A DNA stretch of 64,000 nt from Eledone cirrhosa (taxonomy: Eukaryota): positions 1,860,001 to 1,924,000 of the forward strand of contig OZ024742.1 in assembly GCA_964016885.1 (NCBI GenBank), in the 5' to 3' direction. Positions 1 through 13,489 of this stretch are shown here, piece after piece. Every line of letters begins with the position of its first letter. Position 1 is the stretch's first letter. The notes below the pieces were generated by a model, which was not told where the DNA came from, ran no database searches, and saw only the letters and a program-made list of their open reading frames with translations. The position numbers were made by a program, and so were the translations under genes.

Positions 1-3000
1 TAAATGTAAAGAGTCCCCTCCCCACGACAATTGATTACACAATGTTAAACTAAATGTAAAGAGTCCCCTCCCCACGACAATTGATTACACAATGTTAAAC
101 TAAATGTAAAGTGTCCCCTCCCCACGACAATTGATTACACAATGTTAAACTAAATGTAAAGAGTCCCCTCCCCACGACAATTGATTACACAATGTTAAAC
201 TAAATGTAAAGAGTCCCCTCCCCACGACAATTGATTACACAATGTTAAACTAAATGTAAAGTGTCCCCTCCCCACGACAATTGATTACACAATGTTAAAC
301 TAAATGTAAAGAGTCCCCTCCCCACGACAATTGATTACACAATGTTAAACTAAATGTAAAGTGTCCCCTCCCCACGACAATTGATTACACAATGTTAAAC
401 TAAATGTAAAGAGTCCCCTCCCCACGACAATTGATTACACAATGTTAAACTAAATGTAAAGAGTCCCCTCCCCACGACAATTGATTACACAATGTTAAAC
501 TAAATGTAAAGTGTCCCCTCCCCACGACAATTGATTACACAATGTTAAACTAAATGTAAAGTGTCCCCTCCCCACGACAATTGATTATACAATGTTAAAC
601 TAAATGTAAAGTGTCCCCTCCCCACGACAATTGATTATACAATGTTAAACTAAATGTAAAGTGTCCCCTCCCCACGACAATTGATTATACAATGTTAAAC
701 TAAATGTAAAGTGTCCCCTCCCCACGACAATTGATTACACAATGTTAAACTAAATGTAAAGTGTCCCCTCCCCACGACAATTGATTACACAATGTTAAAC
801 TAAATGTAAAGTGTCCCCTCCCCACGACAATTGATTATACAATGTTAAACTAAATGTAAAGTGTCCCCTCCCCACGACAATTGATTATACAATGTTAAAC
901 TAAATGTAAAGTGTCCCCTCCCCACGACAATTGATTACACAATGTTAAACTAAATGTAAAGTGTCCCCTCCCCACGACAATTGATTATACAATGTTAAAC
1001 TAAATGTAAAGTGTCCCCTCCCCACGACAATTGATTACACAATGTTAAACTAAATGTAAAGTGTCCCCTCCCCACGACAATTGATTACACAATGTTAAAC
1101 TAAATGTAAAGTGTCCCCTCCCCACGACAATTGATTATACAATGTTAAACTAAATGTAAAGTGTCCCCTCCCCACGACAATTGATTACACAATGTTAAAC
1201 TAAATGTAAAGTGTCCCCTCCCCACGACAATTGATTACACAATGTTAAACTAAATGTAAAGTGTCCCCTCCCCACGACAATTGATTATACAATGTTAAAC
1301 TAAATGTAAAGTGTCCCCTCCCCACGACAATTGATTATACAATGTTAAACTAAATGTAAAGTGTCCCCTCCCCACGACAATTGATTACACAATGTTAAAC
1401 TAAATGTAAAGTGTCCCCTCCCCACGACAATTGATTACACAATGTTAAACTAAATGTAAAGTGTCCCCTCCCCACGACAATTGATTACACAATGTTAAAC
1501 TAAATGTAAAGTGTCCCCTCCCCACGACAATTGATTACACAATGTTAAACTAAATGTAAAGAGTCCCCTCCCCACGACAATTGATTACACAATGTTAAAC
1601 TAAATGTAAAGTGTCCCCTCCCCACGACAATTGATTATACAATGTTAAACTAAATGTAAAGTGTCCCCTCCCCACGACAATTGATTATACAATGTTAAAC
1701 TAAATGTAAAGTGTCCCCTCCCCACGACAATTGATTATACAATGTTAAACTAAATGTAAAGAGTCCCCTCCCCACGACAATTGATTACACAATGTTAAAC
1801 TAAATGTAAAGTGTCCCCTCCCCACGACAATTGATTACACAATGTTAAACTAAATGTAAAGAGTCCCCTCCCCACGACAATTGATTACACAATGTTAAAC
1901 TAAATGTAAAGTGTCCCCTCCCCACGACAATTGATTATACAATGTTAAACTAAATGTAAAGTGTCCCCTCCCCACGACAATTGATTATACAATGTTAAAC
2001 TAAATGTAAAGTGTCCCCTCCCCACGACAATTGATTATACAATGTTAAACTAAATGTAAAGAGTCCCCTCCCCACGACAATTGATTACACAATGTTAAAC
2101 TAAATGTAAAGTGTCCCCTCCCCACGACAATTGATTACACAATGTTAAACTAAATGTAAAGAGTCCCCTCCCCACGACAATTGATTATACAATGTTAAAC
2201 TAAATGTAAAGAGTCCCCTCCCCACGACAATTGATTATACAATGTTAAACTAAATGTAAAGAGTCCCCTCCCCACGACAATTGATTATACAATGTTAAAC
2301 TAAATGTAAAGTGTCCCCTCCCCACGACAATTGATTATACAATGTTAAACTAAATGTAAAGTGTCCCCTCCCCACGACAATTGATTATACAATGTTAAAC
2401 TAAATGTAAAGAGTCCCCTCCCCACGACAATTGATTATACAATGTTAAACTAAATGTAAAGAGTCCCCTCCCCACGACAATTGATTACACAATGTTAAAC
2501 TAAATGTAAAGTGTCCCCTCCCCACGACAATTGATTATACAATGTTAAACTAAATGTAAAGTGTCCCCTCCCCACGACAATTGATTATACAATGTTAAAC
2601 TAAATGTAAAGAGTCCCCTCCCCACGACAATTGATTATACAATGTTAAACTAAATGTAAAGAGTCCCCTCCCCACGACAATTGATTATACAATGTTAAAC
2701 TAAATGTAAAGAGTCCCCTCCCCACGACAATTGATTACACAATGTTAAACTAAATGTAAAGTGTCCCCTCCCCACGACAATTGATTATACAATGTTAAAC
2801 TAAATGTAAAGTGTCCCCTCCCCACGACAATTGATTATACAATGTTAAACTAAATGTAAAGAGTCCCCTCCCCACGACAATTGATTATACAATGTTAAAC
2901 TAAATGTAAAGAGTCCCCTCCCCACGACAATTGATTATACAATGTTAAACTAAATGTAAAGAGTCCCCTCCCCACGACAATTGATTACACAATGTTAAAC

Positions 3001-4575
3001 TAAATGTAAAGTGTCCCCTCCCCACGACAATTGATTATACAATGTTAAACTAAATGTAAAGTGTCCCCTCCCCACGACAATTGATTATACAATGTTAAAC
3101 TAAATGTAAAGAGTCCCCTCCCCACGACAATTGATTATACAATGTTAAACTAAATGTAAAGAGTCCCCTCCCCACGACAATTGATTACACAATGTTAAAC
3201 TAAATGTAAAGTGTCCCCTCCCCACGACAATTGATTATACAATGTTAAACTAAATGTAAAGAGTCCCCTCCCCACGACAATTGATTACACAATGTTAAAC
3301 TAAATGTAAAGTGTCCCCTCCCCACGACAATTGATTATACAATGTTAAACTAAATGTAAAGTGTCCCCTCCCCACGACAATTGATTATACAATGTTAAAC
3401 TAAATGTAAAGAGTCCCCTCCCCACGACAATTGATTATACAATGTTAAACTAAATGTAAAGTGTCCCCTCCCCACGACAATTGATTATACAATGTTAAAC
3501 TAAATGTAAAGTGTCCCCTCCCCACGACAATTGATTACACAATGTTAAACTAAATGTAAAGAGTCCCCTCCCCACGACAATTGATTACACAATGTTAAAC
3601 TAAATGTAAAGTGTCCCCTCCCCACGACAATTGATTACACAATGTTAAACTAAATGTAAAGTGTCCCCTCCCCACGACAATTGATTACACAATGTTAAAC
3701 TAAATGTAAAGTGTCCCCTCCCCACGACAATTGATTACACAATGTTAAACTAAATGTAAAGTGTCCCCTCCCCACGACAATTGATTATACAATGTTAAAC
3801 TAAATGTAAAGAGTCCCCTCCCCACGACAATTGATTATACAATGTTAAACTAAATGTAAAGTGTCCCCTCCCCACGACAATTGATTATACAATGTTAAAC
3901 TAAATGTAAAGAGTCCCCTCCCCACGACAATTGATTACACAATGTTAAACTAAATGTAAAGTGTCCCCTCCCCACGACAATTGATTACACAATGTTAAAC
4001 TAAATGTAAAGAGTCCCCTCCCCACGACAATTGATTACACAATGTTAAACTAAATGTAAAGAGTCCCCTCCCCACGACAATTGATTACACAATGTTAAAC
4101 TAAATGTAAAGAGTCCCCTCCCCACGACAATTGATTATACAATGTTAAACTAAATGTAAAGTGTCCCCTCCCCACGACAATTGATTACACAATGTTAAAC
4201 TAAATGTAAAGAGTCCCCTCCCCACGACAATTGATTACACAATGTTAAACTAAATGTAAAGTGTCCCCTCCCCACGACAATTGATTACACAATGTTAAAC
4301 TAAATGTAAAGAGTCCCCTCCCCACGACAATTGATTACACAATGTTAAACTAAATGTAAAGAGTCCCCTCCCCACGACAATTGATTACACAATGTTAAAC
4401 TAAATGTAAAGAGTCCCCTCCCCACGACAATTGATTATACAATGTTAAACTAAATGTAAAGTGTCCCCTCCCCACGACAATTGATTACACAATGTTAAAC
4501 TAAATGTAAAGAGTCCCCTCCCCACGACAATTGATTACACAATGTTAAACTAAATGTAAAGAGTCCCCTCCCCAC
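1..4575. repeat. 50-bp tandem satellite, about 91 copies, runs off the window start
   Basis: Unit TAAATGTAAAG[A/T]GTCCCCTCCCCACGACAATTGATTA[C/T]ACAATGTTAAAC repeats with exact 50-bp period; only unit positions 12 and 38 vary. Confidence 0.98.
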
Positions 4576-4672
4576 TCAAACTCACCATTTTAGGATCATA
4601 TTTCATAGGAAAAATGCTGTAGTTGAATTAATTAATTAATTAAGAATTTGGAGTGATTAACTAACATTAATT

Positions 4673-4955
4673 AATCCCGCCGAGGTTAACTTTGCCTTTC
4701 ATCCTTACCGGGTCGATAAAATAAAGTACCAGTAATGTACTGAGTAATTTCTGGCCTTGTGCCAAAAGTAGAAACAATTATTAATTAATCTGTGGGCGGT
4801 GAATTGGCAGTATCGGTAGAGGGTCGGACGCCATACTTTCTAGCATAGTTACGTCCCTTTACGGTCTGAGTTCAAATCCCGCCGAGGTCGATAAAATAAA
4901 GTACCAGTGATGTACTGGGTAATTGCTGGCCTTGTGCTAAAAGTAGAAACAAATA
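4673..4955 (+). mobile_element. Two adjacent SINE copies (5'-truncated copy at 4673-4785; internally deleted copy at 4793-4955)
   Basis: B-box-like GAGTTCAAATCCC, central GCCTTTCATCC..GGGTCGATAAAATAAAGTACCAGT and tail GGCCTTGTGCCAAAAGTAGAAACAATTATTA, shared with about 10 copies in the window. Confidence 0.85.
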
Positions 4956-5210
4956 TTAATTAATCTGTTAAGACGGTATTTGTAAGTATAACCTGACAAA
5001 GGGAAACTCTTATGTCGTATTGGAAGATTTTGATATAAAAAGAAAGCCTTTAAAGTGGGAGGTTTTGAACGGATTGGGACCGAAAGGATTTATAACTGTT
5101 GCATTGTGGGAATTGTAAAGTTAATTATGAAAATGTTAATAAGTTCGCAACGTAGAATGATTTTATTCAGTTTTAGGGAGATTTTCGTATTTATTATTTG
5201 ATGACATCAG

Positions 5211-5425
5211 GGTTTGGTAGTAATCGGTAGAGTATAGACAAATTGCTTCCAGGCATAGAGTTACGGCCCTTTACATTCTGAATTCAAATCCCGCCGAGGT
5301 TACCTTTACCTTTCATTCTTCTGGGATCGATAAAATAAAGTACCAGTAACGCACTGGGATTGATAACAACTTTTCTCTCCTTTCCGAAATGGCTGGCCTT
5401 GTGCCTAAATTAGAAAACATTATTT
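5211..5425 (+). mobile_element. SINE copy (same family, diverged)
   Basis: TTCAAATCCCGCCGAGGTT..CTTTCATT..GATCGATAAAATAAAGTACCAGT..GGCCTTGTGCC. Confidence 0.8.
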
Positions 5426-6033
5426 GATGACACATGCCACCAGTTTCCTAGAATTCTTTCATTTCATAGAGAAAATTGTAGTTTACGAGTCTGGGTGTAA
5501 CCATAAACAGTAAACTGATATAGGCAGAACATGTCTTCGATATGTAAGAGAGTTACACGGAGAATTAGAACGCCACGTACCAAACGGAACGAAAAAGCTA
5601 TCCTCTATAAAGCCAATCCAATTTAAGGCCTCACTCTTGGAAGAATTCTTCCATGGTTGACCTCCACCGTTTTATTTTGGTCATGTCTTCAGGGGGTGTA
5701 GCCATACTCACCGTGCTTGGCCAATTGCAGGTTGGTGAGTATTTAACCTATAGTTGGGGTGGATAGCCGTTGACTTTTGGGAAGTTTATTTACACTTTTA
5801 ACAGTTCTTGTTTTTTGTGTTGCTTCGGTTTCTCTTACCCCGTCTCCCACCAGACCCTGGTCTTATGTGTGTGTGGGGGGTAGTTTAGTTGTCGACCACA
5901 CGACAATGAAGCAGGTTGTACTGGGTTACATGGTACCAGTAACAAGCAGAATCCTGTCCTCACCCAATGTGACACAATATATACAGTATTACATAAATAC
6001 AACTCAGCAAATTAAATCGAAAATCTTGAATCT

Positions 6034-6202
<169 letters not shown>

Positions 6203-6279
6203 TCTAATCGCTTTCTTTTCATAAAGATGTGAAATCAAAAGAATTTCCGTGTTGCTGCCAACACCCCCATCACTACCGC

Positions 6280-7534
6280 CCCTCTCTCTCTCGTACACAG
6301 GACCACACACTCTAACCACCACCACACCTCTCTCTCTCGTACACAGGACCACACACTCTAACCACCACCACACCTCTCTCTCTCGTACACAGGACCACAC
6401 ACTCTAACCACCACCACACCTCTCTCTCTCGTACACAGGACCACACACTCTAACCACTACCGCCCCCCTCTCTCTCGTACACAGGACCACACACTCTAAC
6501 CACCACCACACCTCTCTCTCTCGTACACAGGACCACACACTCTAACCACCACCACACCTCTCTCTCTCGTACACAGGACCACACACTCTAACCACCACCA
6601 CACCTCTCTCTCTCGTACACAGGACCACACACTCTAACCACCACCACACCTCTCTCTCTCGTACACAGGACCACACACTCTAACCACCACCACACCTCTC
6701 TCTCTCGTACACAGGACCACACACTCTAACCACCACCACACCTCTCTCTCTCGTACACAGGACCACACACTCTAACCACCACCACACCTCTCTCTCTCGT
6801 ACACAGGACCACACACTCTAACCACCACCACACCTCTCTCTCTCGTACACAGGACCACACACTCTAACCACCACCACACCTCTCTCTCTCGTACACAGGA
6901 CCACACACTCTAACCACCACCACACCTCTCTCTCTCGTACACAGGACCACACACTCTAACCACCACCACACCTCTCTCTCTCGTACACAGGACCACACAC
7001 TCTAACCACCACCACACCTCTCTCTCTCGTACACAGGACCACACACTCTAACCACCACCACACCTCTCTCTCTCGTACACAGGACCACACACTCTAACCA
7101 CCACCACACCTCTCTCTCTCGTACACAGGACCACACACTCTAACCACCACCACACCTCTCTCTCTCGTACACAGGACCACACACTCTAACCACCACCACA
7201 CCTCTCTCTCTCGTACACAGGACCACACACTCTAACCACCACCACACCTCTCTCTCTCGTACACAGGACCACACACTCTAACCACCACCACACCTCTCTC
7301 TCTCGTACACAGGACCACACACTCTAACCACCACCACACCTCTCTCTCTCGTACACAGGACCACACACTCTAACCACCACCAGACCTCTCTCTCTCGTAC
7401 ACAGGACTATACACTCTAACCACCACCACACCCCTCTCTCTCGTACACAGGACCACACACTCTAACCACCACCGCCCCTCTCTCTCTCGTACACAGGACC
7501 ACACACTCTAACCACCACCACACCTCTCTCTCTC
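6280..7534. repeat. 46-bp minisatellite, about 27 copies
   Basis: Unit CCTCTCTCTCTCGTACACAGGACCACACACTCTAACCACCACCACA; near-identical copies with variants mainly at the edges. Confidence 0.97.
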
Positions 7535-7632
7535 ATTCTCTTAGTATCACCTTCCCAGCATGACAGATATTTTACACCACATGTACAACAGCATAAATAT
7601 GTATATACAGTGGGGACAAATTTTATATATAA

Positions 7633-8548
7633 CTAGCAGTGGTACTCGGCGTTGCACGGGATAAGATATTTTGGAACGCGGGCCACCAACAGACCTAATC
7701 GTGGAAAAACTGCATGCCTGGACAATATGTAAAGAAAATAAACCGAATACTCTGATGGCTGGATAATCTTTAAGATTTACCTCGATGAAGCAGGAAAAAT
7801 GCTGGTTTTCACCTAATGCGGGCTCTAGGGGATCAAGAAAATGATTTTTTTATGTGCATAATATGCTTTGAAATTTCGGGAAAACCGGCTAGACGTAACG
7901 CCTCAAAGAAGTTCGAAAAAGCTGAAAAAAAAATGAAGTTTTTCACCTAATGCGGGCCCTAGGCCATAAAAAAGTTGGATTTTCTTTGCTCACAGTATGA
8001 AGAAGAGACTGACTAATACATAGTTACAATTTCAAGGAAATCAGTCAGACGTAACGTCTCAAAAAACCCCTAAAAACCTGAAAAAACACATTTTTTCACC
8101 TAATGCGGGCCCTAGGGGATAAAAAAATTGAATTTTTGTATGTGCATAACACTCCCTGAAACAAGTTTGAAAAAAGTCGGTTGGGTATTTCTCGAGTTTT
8201 AGGGATTCAAACTCAGACCCCCCCCCCCCACACACAAACAGACAGACATCCTCAGGGAAGTGACGTAATGCAGACAGCCAGACATACAGACAGATATAAG
8301 GGCGCGACGTTATATATATGTATCTATCTAAAAAGAGAAAGACTAAGAATTATAGAGAGGGATCGCTAAATCGCCTAATGCGATCCCTAGGGCATTGAAA
8401 ATTTGAAATTGTGTTTGCTCAGAACACTCCCTGAAACAAGTATTATATGTGTAAAGTTTGAAAACAGTCGGTTGGGTGGTTCTCGAGTTTTAGGGATTCA
8501 AACTCACACATACACACATACAGACATCCTCAGTTTTATATATAGAGA
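7633..8548 (-). mobile_element. Non-autonomous Helitron
   Basis: On the minus strand it starts TC and ends with a GC-rich hairpin (CCCGTGCAACGCCGAG) then CTAG, between A and T. Internal repeats CACCTAATGCGGGCCCTAGG. Homologous to 32947-33948. Confidence 0.75.
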
Positions 8549-8624
8549 TAAATTAAACTCTCCAGTATTGAGTATCAATAAATATTTTGATTTCTATCAC
8601 TTAATCATCCCGCCATTGATATAT

Positions 8625-8850
8625 ATAGGAAAATGTTCAAGATCCCGACGGCAGAGCTCAAGCCGTTTCGACGGCTATTTCTGGACTCCAGAAATTTCAG
8701 GTATTTCTTGAGTCCGGAAATAGCCATCGAAACAGCTTGAGCTCTGCCGTCGGGGTCTTGAACATTTTCCTATTACCCACTCTACTACCCTAAGTATTGA
8801 GTACTCTGCTGCGTAATGGTCCACCTGGTTCCTTACCACACTTCCGGCGT
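8625..8850 (+). mobile_element. Fold-back element flanked by (TA)n (family D): about 70-bp inverted arms plus unique tail; carries the 3' half of a hammerhead
   Basis: Arms 8625-~8695 and ~8703-8773, then tail ACCCACTCTACTACCCTAAGTATTGAGTACT. Other copies at 31178-31327, 32137-32215 and 42765-42957. GAAAC-GGC..GCC-GTC stem III motif. Confidence 0.7.
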
Positions 8851-8916
8851 TATATATATATATATATATATATACAATATATTAATAAATGGAAACTAAA
8901 TTTATAAAACCATAAT

Positions 8917-8980
8917 TATTTTATTATATATATTTCAAGGGCGACCAAGCCTTCTTGGTGCGCTTTCATCAGATAAAATA
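8917..8980 (-). ncRNA. Type I minimal hammerhead ribozyme (family A, antisense copy)
   Basis: Reverse complement of the 9106-9169 motif. Confidence 0.75.
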
Positions 8981-9105
8981 CAAAATTTGTTTTATAAATA
9001 GTGAGATAACCATGGAAAACAACCTTGACGGTTGAAAATTCGCTGGATAGTCAACCGTCAAGGTTGTTTTCCATGGTTATGTCACTATTTATAAAACAAA
9101 TTTTG

Positions 9106-9169
9106 TATTTTATCTGATGAAAGCGCACCAAGAAGGCTTGGTCGCCCTTGAAATATATATAATAAAATA
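9106..9169 (+). ncRNA. Type I minimal hammerhead ribozyme (family A)
   Basis: TATTTTAT-CTGATGA-AAG..ACCAAG aagg CTTGGT..CTT-GAAA-TATATA-TA-ATAAAATA: 8-bp stem I, palindromic short stem III, UA cleavage site. Confidence 0.75.
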
Positions 9170-9424
9170 ATTATGGTTTTATAAATATAGTTTCCATTTA
9201 TTAATATATTGTATATTTACTCCATTATTCTTATCAGTTATAAACATTTAAGTTTGTTGGAATCCCAACAAATTAAATATAACTTCTACATACATATATA
9301 TATTTATAATATATATATATGATATAATATATATATATTTATAATATATATATATGATATAATATATGTTGATTTAAAACTTCACTGCTCACAAGTGTTT
9401 TTTAACCTTCATATCATGTCCTCC

Positions 9425-9495
9425 TGTTTTATCTGATGAAAACACAAATATTATTGCATGATGATATTTGTTTTTGAAATGCGCATAATAAAATA
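9425..9495 (+). ncRNA. Type I hammerhead ribozyme (family B)
   Basis: TTTTAT-CTGATGA-AAACACAAATATTAT..ATGATATTTGTTTTT-GAAA-TGCGCA-TA-ATAAAA; palindromic stem III TGCGCA. Confidence 0.72.
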
Positions 9496-9540
9496 CATGG
9501 AACTCCTTTAACCATCTTTTGTTCTTATATATTTTGTTCT

Positions 9541-9695
9541 TATATATTATGATATAATATATATATATAATATATATATGTAATATATATATATATAATA
9601 TATATATATATATATAATATATATATGTAATATATATATATATAATATATATATATATATAATATATATATGTAATATATATATATATAATATAT

Positions 9696-9775
<80 letters not shown>
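9541..9775. repeat. (TA)n-rich microsatellite
   Basis: TA run with interruptions. Confidence 0.95.
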
Positions 9776-9777
<2 letters not shown>

Positions 9778-9805
9778 ATCAAAAGATGGTTAAAAGAGTT
9801 CCAAG

Positions 9806-9876
9806 TATTTTATTATGCGCATTTCAAAAACAAATACCATCATGGGATGATATCTGCGTTCTCATCAGATAAAATA
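9806..9876 (-). ncRNA. Type I hammerhead ribozyme (family B, antisense copy)
   Basis: Minus strand: TATTTTAT-CTGATGA-GAACGCAGATATCATCCCATGATGGTATTTGTTTTT-GAAA-TGCGCA-TA-ATAAAATA. Confidence 0.75.
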
Positions 9877-10008
9877 GGGAGACATGATATGAAGCTTAAA
9901 AAACACTTGTGAGCAGTGAAGTTTTAAATCAACATACTTTATTTTTCATATGTTGATTTAAAACTTCACTGCTTACAAGTGTTTTTTAAGCTTCATATCA
10001 TGTCTCCC

Positions 10009-10079
10009 TATTTTAGCTGATGAGAACGCAGATATCATCCCATGATGATATTTGTTTTTGAAATGCGCATAATAAAATA
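10009..10079 (+). ncRNA. Type I hammerhead ribozyme (family B)
   Basis: TATTTTAG-CTGATGA-stem II-GAAA-TGCGCA-TA-ATAAAATA; the first stem I pair is mismatched. Confidence 0.65.
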
Positions 10080-10201
10080 CTTGGAACTCTTTTAACCATC
10101 TTTTGATCTTACATTATTTATACTCCAGTCCTACAAACTGTAGAGTGCTACTTATCCGATATTTGCTTTGCTTTATTGTACTACAATAAAACTCACCTCC
10201 T

Positions 10202-10311
<110 letters not shown>

Positions 10312-10588
10312 AGACAGGGGTTTATGCGTTTGTCCATCTTCCGGTGTATATTATTCTCGTTTGTGATCAGATTTTCACTTATGATTATATGTATGTATAT
10401 GTATGTAGGTGTGTGACTGTGTATGTGAGTGTGTATGTGAGTGTGTGCGTGTGTGTGTATGCGTGTATATACCATTCAACATATGATTGGTGAGATTATA
10501 TTGAAGCTTAAAATTGTATATATTATATGGCGATCCGATACTGGTCATGTGCATGTGCACCAGGATATCCGTTTTCCTGTGTATGAAA

Positions 10589-10632
<44 letters not shown>

Positions 10633-10687
10633 TAAACAAATAATGAATAAACAATGAAACAGTTCCTTATATTAAACAAAAAAAGTT

Positions 10688-10837
10688 CATTATTTAACGA
10701 TCGTTTCTAGGATATATATGTGTTAGAATTGGCATGCATATTCAACAGATCTATGTACAAAATTATACAAAATTATACAAACTATCAAGATTAAATATAC
10801 ATACCAACACATATATACGCCGTCTTCAGAAATAATG
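10688..10837 (-). ncRNA. Hammerhead motif with an extended stem II of about 115 nt
   Basis: Minus strand: CATTATTT-CTGAAGA-..TATATATGTGTT..AACACATATATA..-GAAAC-GATC-GTT-AAATAATG. Perfect 8-bp stem I; the base of stem II is imperfect. Confidence 0.6.
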
Positions 10838-10867
10838 ACACTACCGTAAACTCTTGGTAGATTTATC

Positions 10868-10926
<59 letters not shown>

Positions 10927-11198
10927 ACTCGTATGTTACTTTTCTAAAATTCGATATATATATATATAAATATAGGAAAAAGTGTGACCCACACTTTTTC
11001 CTATTTCCCACTGTACTTTTTTTTTCCCCTCTTCCAACGGTTTAATTTAAATATACTGTTATTTAAACCTATCCGACACTAATTTGCATACTAAATCAAC
11101 AATAAATCTAATATCTCCACTATCCAGGAAGCTCCAACCGGTAAGGTTGCATTTTTTCAGGGTATGTCAATATTTATTTATAAAACTAATCTGTATTA

Positions 11199-11264
11199 TA
11201 TTTTATCTGATGAAAGCGCACCATAATCTGCGTTGGTGGCCCTTGAAATATCTATAATGAAATA
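11199..11264 (+). ncRNA. Type I hammerhead ribozyme (family A, diverged copy)
   Basis: TATTTTAT-CTGATGA-AAGCGCACCA..TGGTGGCCCTT-GAAA-TATCTA-TA-ATGAAATA. Confidence 0.65.
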
Positions 11265-11616
11265 AATATGGTTTTATAAATATAGTTTCCATTTGTTAAT
11301 ATATTGTATATTTACTCCAATAATTTCTTGAGTGCTTTATATCAGTTACAAAAATATTTTAGCTTGTTGTATCCCAACAAATTAAATATAAACTCTACAT
11401 ATATATATATATATACACATATACATACAATTTTTCAATACATAAACAGAGAAAGCCTTAATGATACTCCGACCAATTCCATCTCACTCAACAAACATTA
11501 GGATATACTTAAGTATTATCACAATTTAGTGTTTGGGTTGCTAACTAATCAGTATTTCGTGGAAAATTGGTTGTATTATTTTATATGAGACATTATTAAA
11601 TAAATATCTCTTTCCT

Positions 11617-11740
11617 TCCAGACGGCCGTTTCGTTATAAGATTTCTACAAATTGGGATAAATAATTTCTAGGTTATGTAGAAACTTGTATATAATCCGTA
11701 GTTTTATACACAAGCGGGCTCTTATAAACTCATCAGTGGA
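11617..11740 (-). ncRNA. Hammerhead motif with a long stem II insertion
   Basis: Minus strand: TCCA-CTGATGA-GTTTATAAG..(~80 nt)..CTTATAAC-GAAAC-GGCC-GTC-TGGA; complete core and GUC triplet. Confidence 0.68.
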
Positions 11741-12232
11741 TGCCCAAATTAATATCGATATAAGAATTACATCGACATCAATAGAATGGTGATGGTCTCC
11801 CTCAGCGCTAAGAAGAGACTGGTAGAGTAAAATCCAGCAGTTCTCCCAAATAAAAATTACAATATATATATGTATGTGAAAGCATATACGATATGTTTAT
11901 CTACAATAAACATATGGTAGCCTCGCTATCAAAGAAAATTAATTTTTCGTAACGAAAAAATAATTTTTCCCTATTTTTTCTCTGTGAAGACGTCACAGAG
12001 TATCAGCAGCAGTGGGGTAAACCAGTCAACAACTGATGACAGGATTGTCCCCCCACTGTAAGATATATTAAAATAGATATGTGTGGGATGTTAGAAAGTG
12101 AATTCCACTTTGAAATACTATCTGTCATTAGAGCAAGGATTTGGTAATTATTAACTGGGGTTTAATTATAAAAGCCGCAATTTAGAGTTGACAATTTAGA
12201 GTTGACATTTTTTTTCCATTACCATTGTAAGA

Positions 12233-12317
12233 GGTCTGTCGAGCCACGGATTACAGAGTCGGGATAGATCGATACAGATCGAACCATGAGCTGATCAGTG
12301 GCGAAACGCGCGTCGCC
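12233..12317 (+). ncRNA. Decayed hammerhead motif
   Basis: GGT-CTGTCGA (core mutated)-GCCAC..GTGGC-GAAAC-GCGC-GTC-GCC. Confidence 0.45.
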
Positions 12318-12879
12318 AACCAATAAACGTAATGAAGGAGTAACCAATCGTCCTTGTTATCTTATTTCACTATAATACACTCTGTCTAGCTCTACACCTC
12401 GACACTGAAGTGAACCTAAACATCGAGTGCTCACCCGGGTGACCCTACAATAACTCCAAGTTACACTCCCTGGATATATATATATATATATTGTGACCCA
12501 CATTCTGGATTGTCTCTCTGCTGACTACTGGCGTCTGAGTCATTGTTGCTCATTTCTGTCTTTGACAGCATTTAACTGTTTTAACGGCTGTTCTTGCGAT
12601 GAGTTTTCTCGTTTTTATGAGTTCAAATACACCCTCGTCTCGTTCAGAGATAACATTGTTATTTATACAATAAAGAAACCATTATTATTATTATTGTTAT
12701 ATTTATGCATAGTTTATCAGCGACAAGAACAGCAACATAAACAACATTATTACGTAATTGCACAACAGTAGTGTTGGTTTTACTCGCTGAACATCAAGCC
12801 TCTACCTTTCAGATACTCAGTATATATATATTTTAAGGTTCTGACTCTACCAATGTAGCTTTGTGTCGATGATAACGGT

Positions 12880-13447
12880 TGCTACTTTTGGCACAAGGCC
12901 AGCAATTTGAAGGGGAAAGTCAGTAATATCGACACAAGTACTGGTACTTTACTTTATTGACCCCAGAAGGATGAAAAGCAAATCTAACGTCGGGGGGATT
13001 TGAACTCAGAATGTAAAGAGCAGAAGAAATGCCAGAAAGTATTTTAGCCAACGCTCTGACGATTTTGTCAATCCACCGCCGAGATAATAATAAAGGTCAG
13101 CATTTTGAAAGGGAAGACGGAAAATTGATTAAATCGACCCCAGTGCTTTATTGGTATTTTATTGTATTGACCCCTCGTAAGGATGAAAGGAAAAGCTAAC
13201 TTCGGTGGGATTTGGACTCAGAACGTAAATTGCCGTAGCTATATGAACAATAATAATATTAATAATAATTGTTTCTATTTTTGGCACAAGGACAGTAATT
13301 ACCCAGTAGATTACTGGTACTTTATTTTATCGACCCCGTAAGGATGAAAGGCAACGTTAACCTTGACGGGATTTGAACTCAGACTGCAAAGGGACGTAAC
13401 TATGCTGGAAAGCATGTTATCCGACTCTCCACCGATACTGCCATTTC
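12880..13447 (-). mobile_element. Three SINE copies in series (12880-13080, 13095-13240, 13268-13447)
   Basis: Each shows CTGGTACTT..TATCGACCCC..GGATGAAAGG..GGGATTTGAACTC (reverse complement of the SINE body), separated by TAA runs. Confidence 0.8.
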
Positions 13448-13450
13448 TCC

Positions 13451-13487
<37 letters not shown>

Positions 13488-13489
<2 letters not shown>

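Larger units (their letters stand above)
8873..9292 (+). mobile_element. Penelope pLTR-like fold-back element (family A) with two opposed hammerheads
   Basis: Near-perfect inverted arms 8873-9035 and 9051-9213 with a 15-nt loop, then an approximately 80-bp tail; (TA)n on both sides. Related copies at 11100-11400 and 31417-31495. Confidence 0.7.

Noticed and set aside
1-4575. CRISPR-like appearance of the 50-bp array (also the 46-bp and 32-bp arrays)
   Set aside because: No unique spacers, no cas genes and a eukaryotic context; these are plain tandem repeats.
5635-5700. Minus-strand CTGAAGA-CATG..CATG-GAAG
   Set aside because: GAAG instead of GAAA and no convincing stem I.
6280-7534. Telomere-like CTAACC within the 46-bp unit
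   Set aside because: A single imperfect hexamer per unit; not a TTAGGG array.
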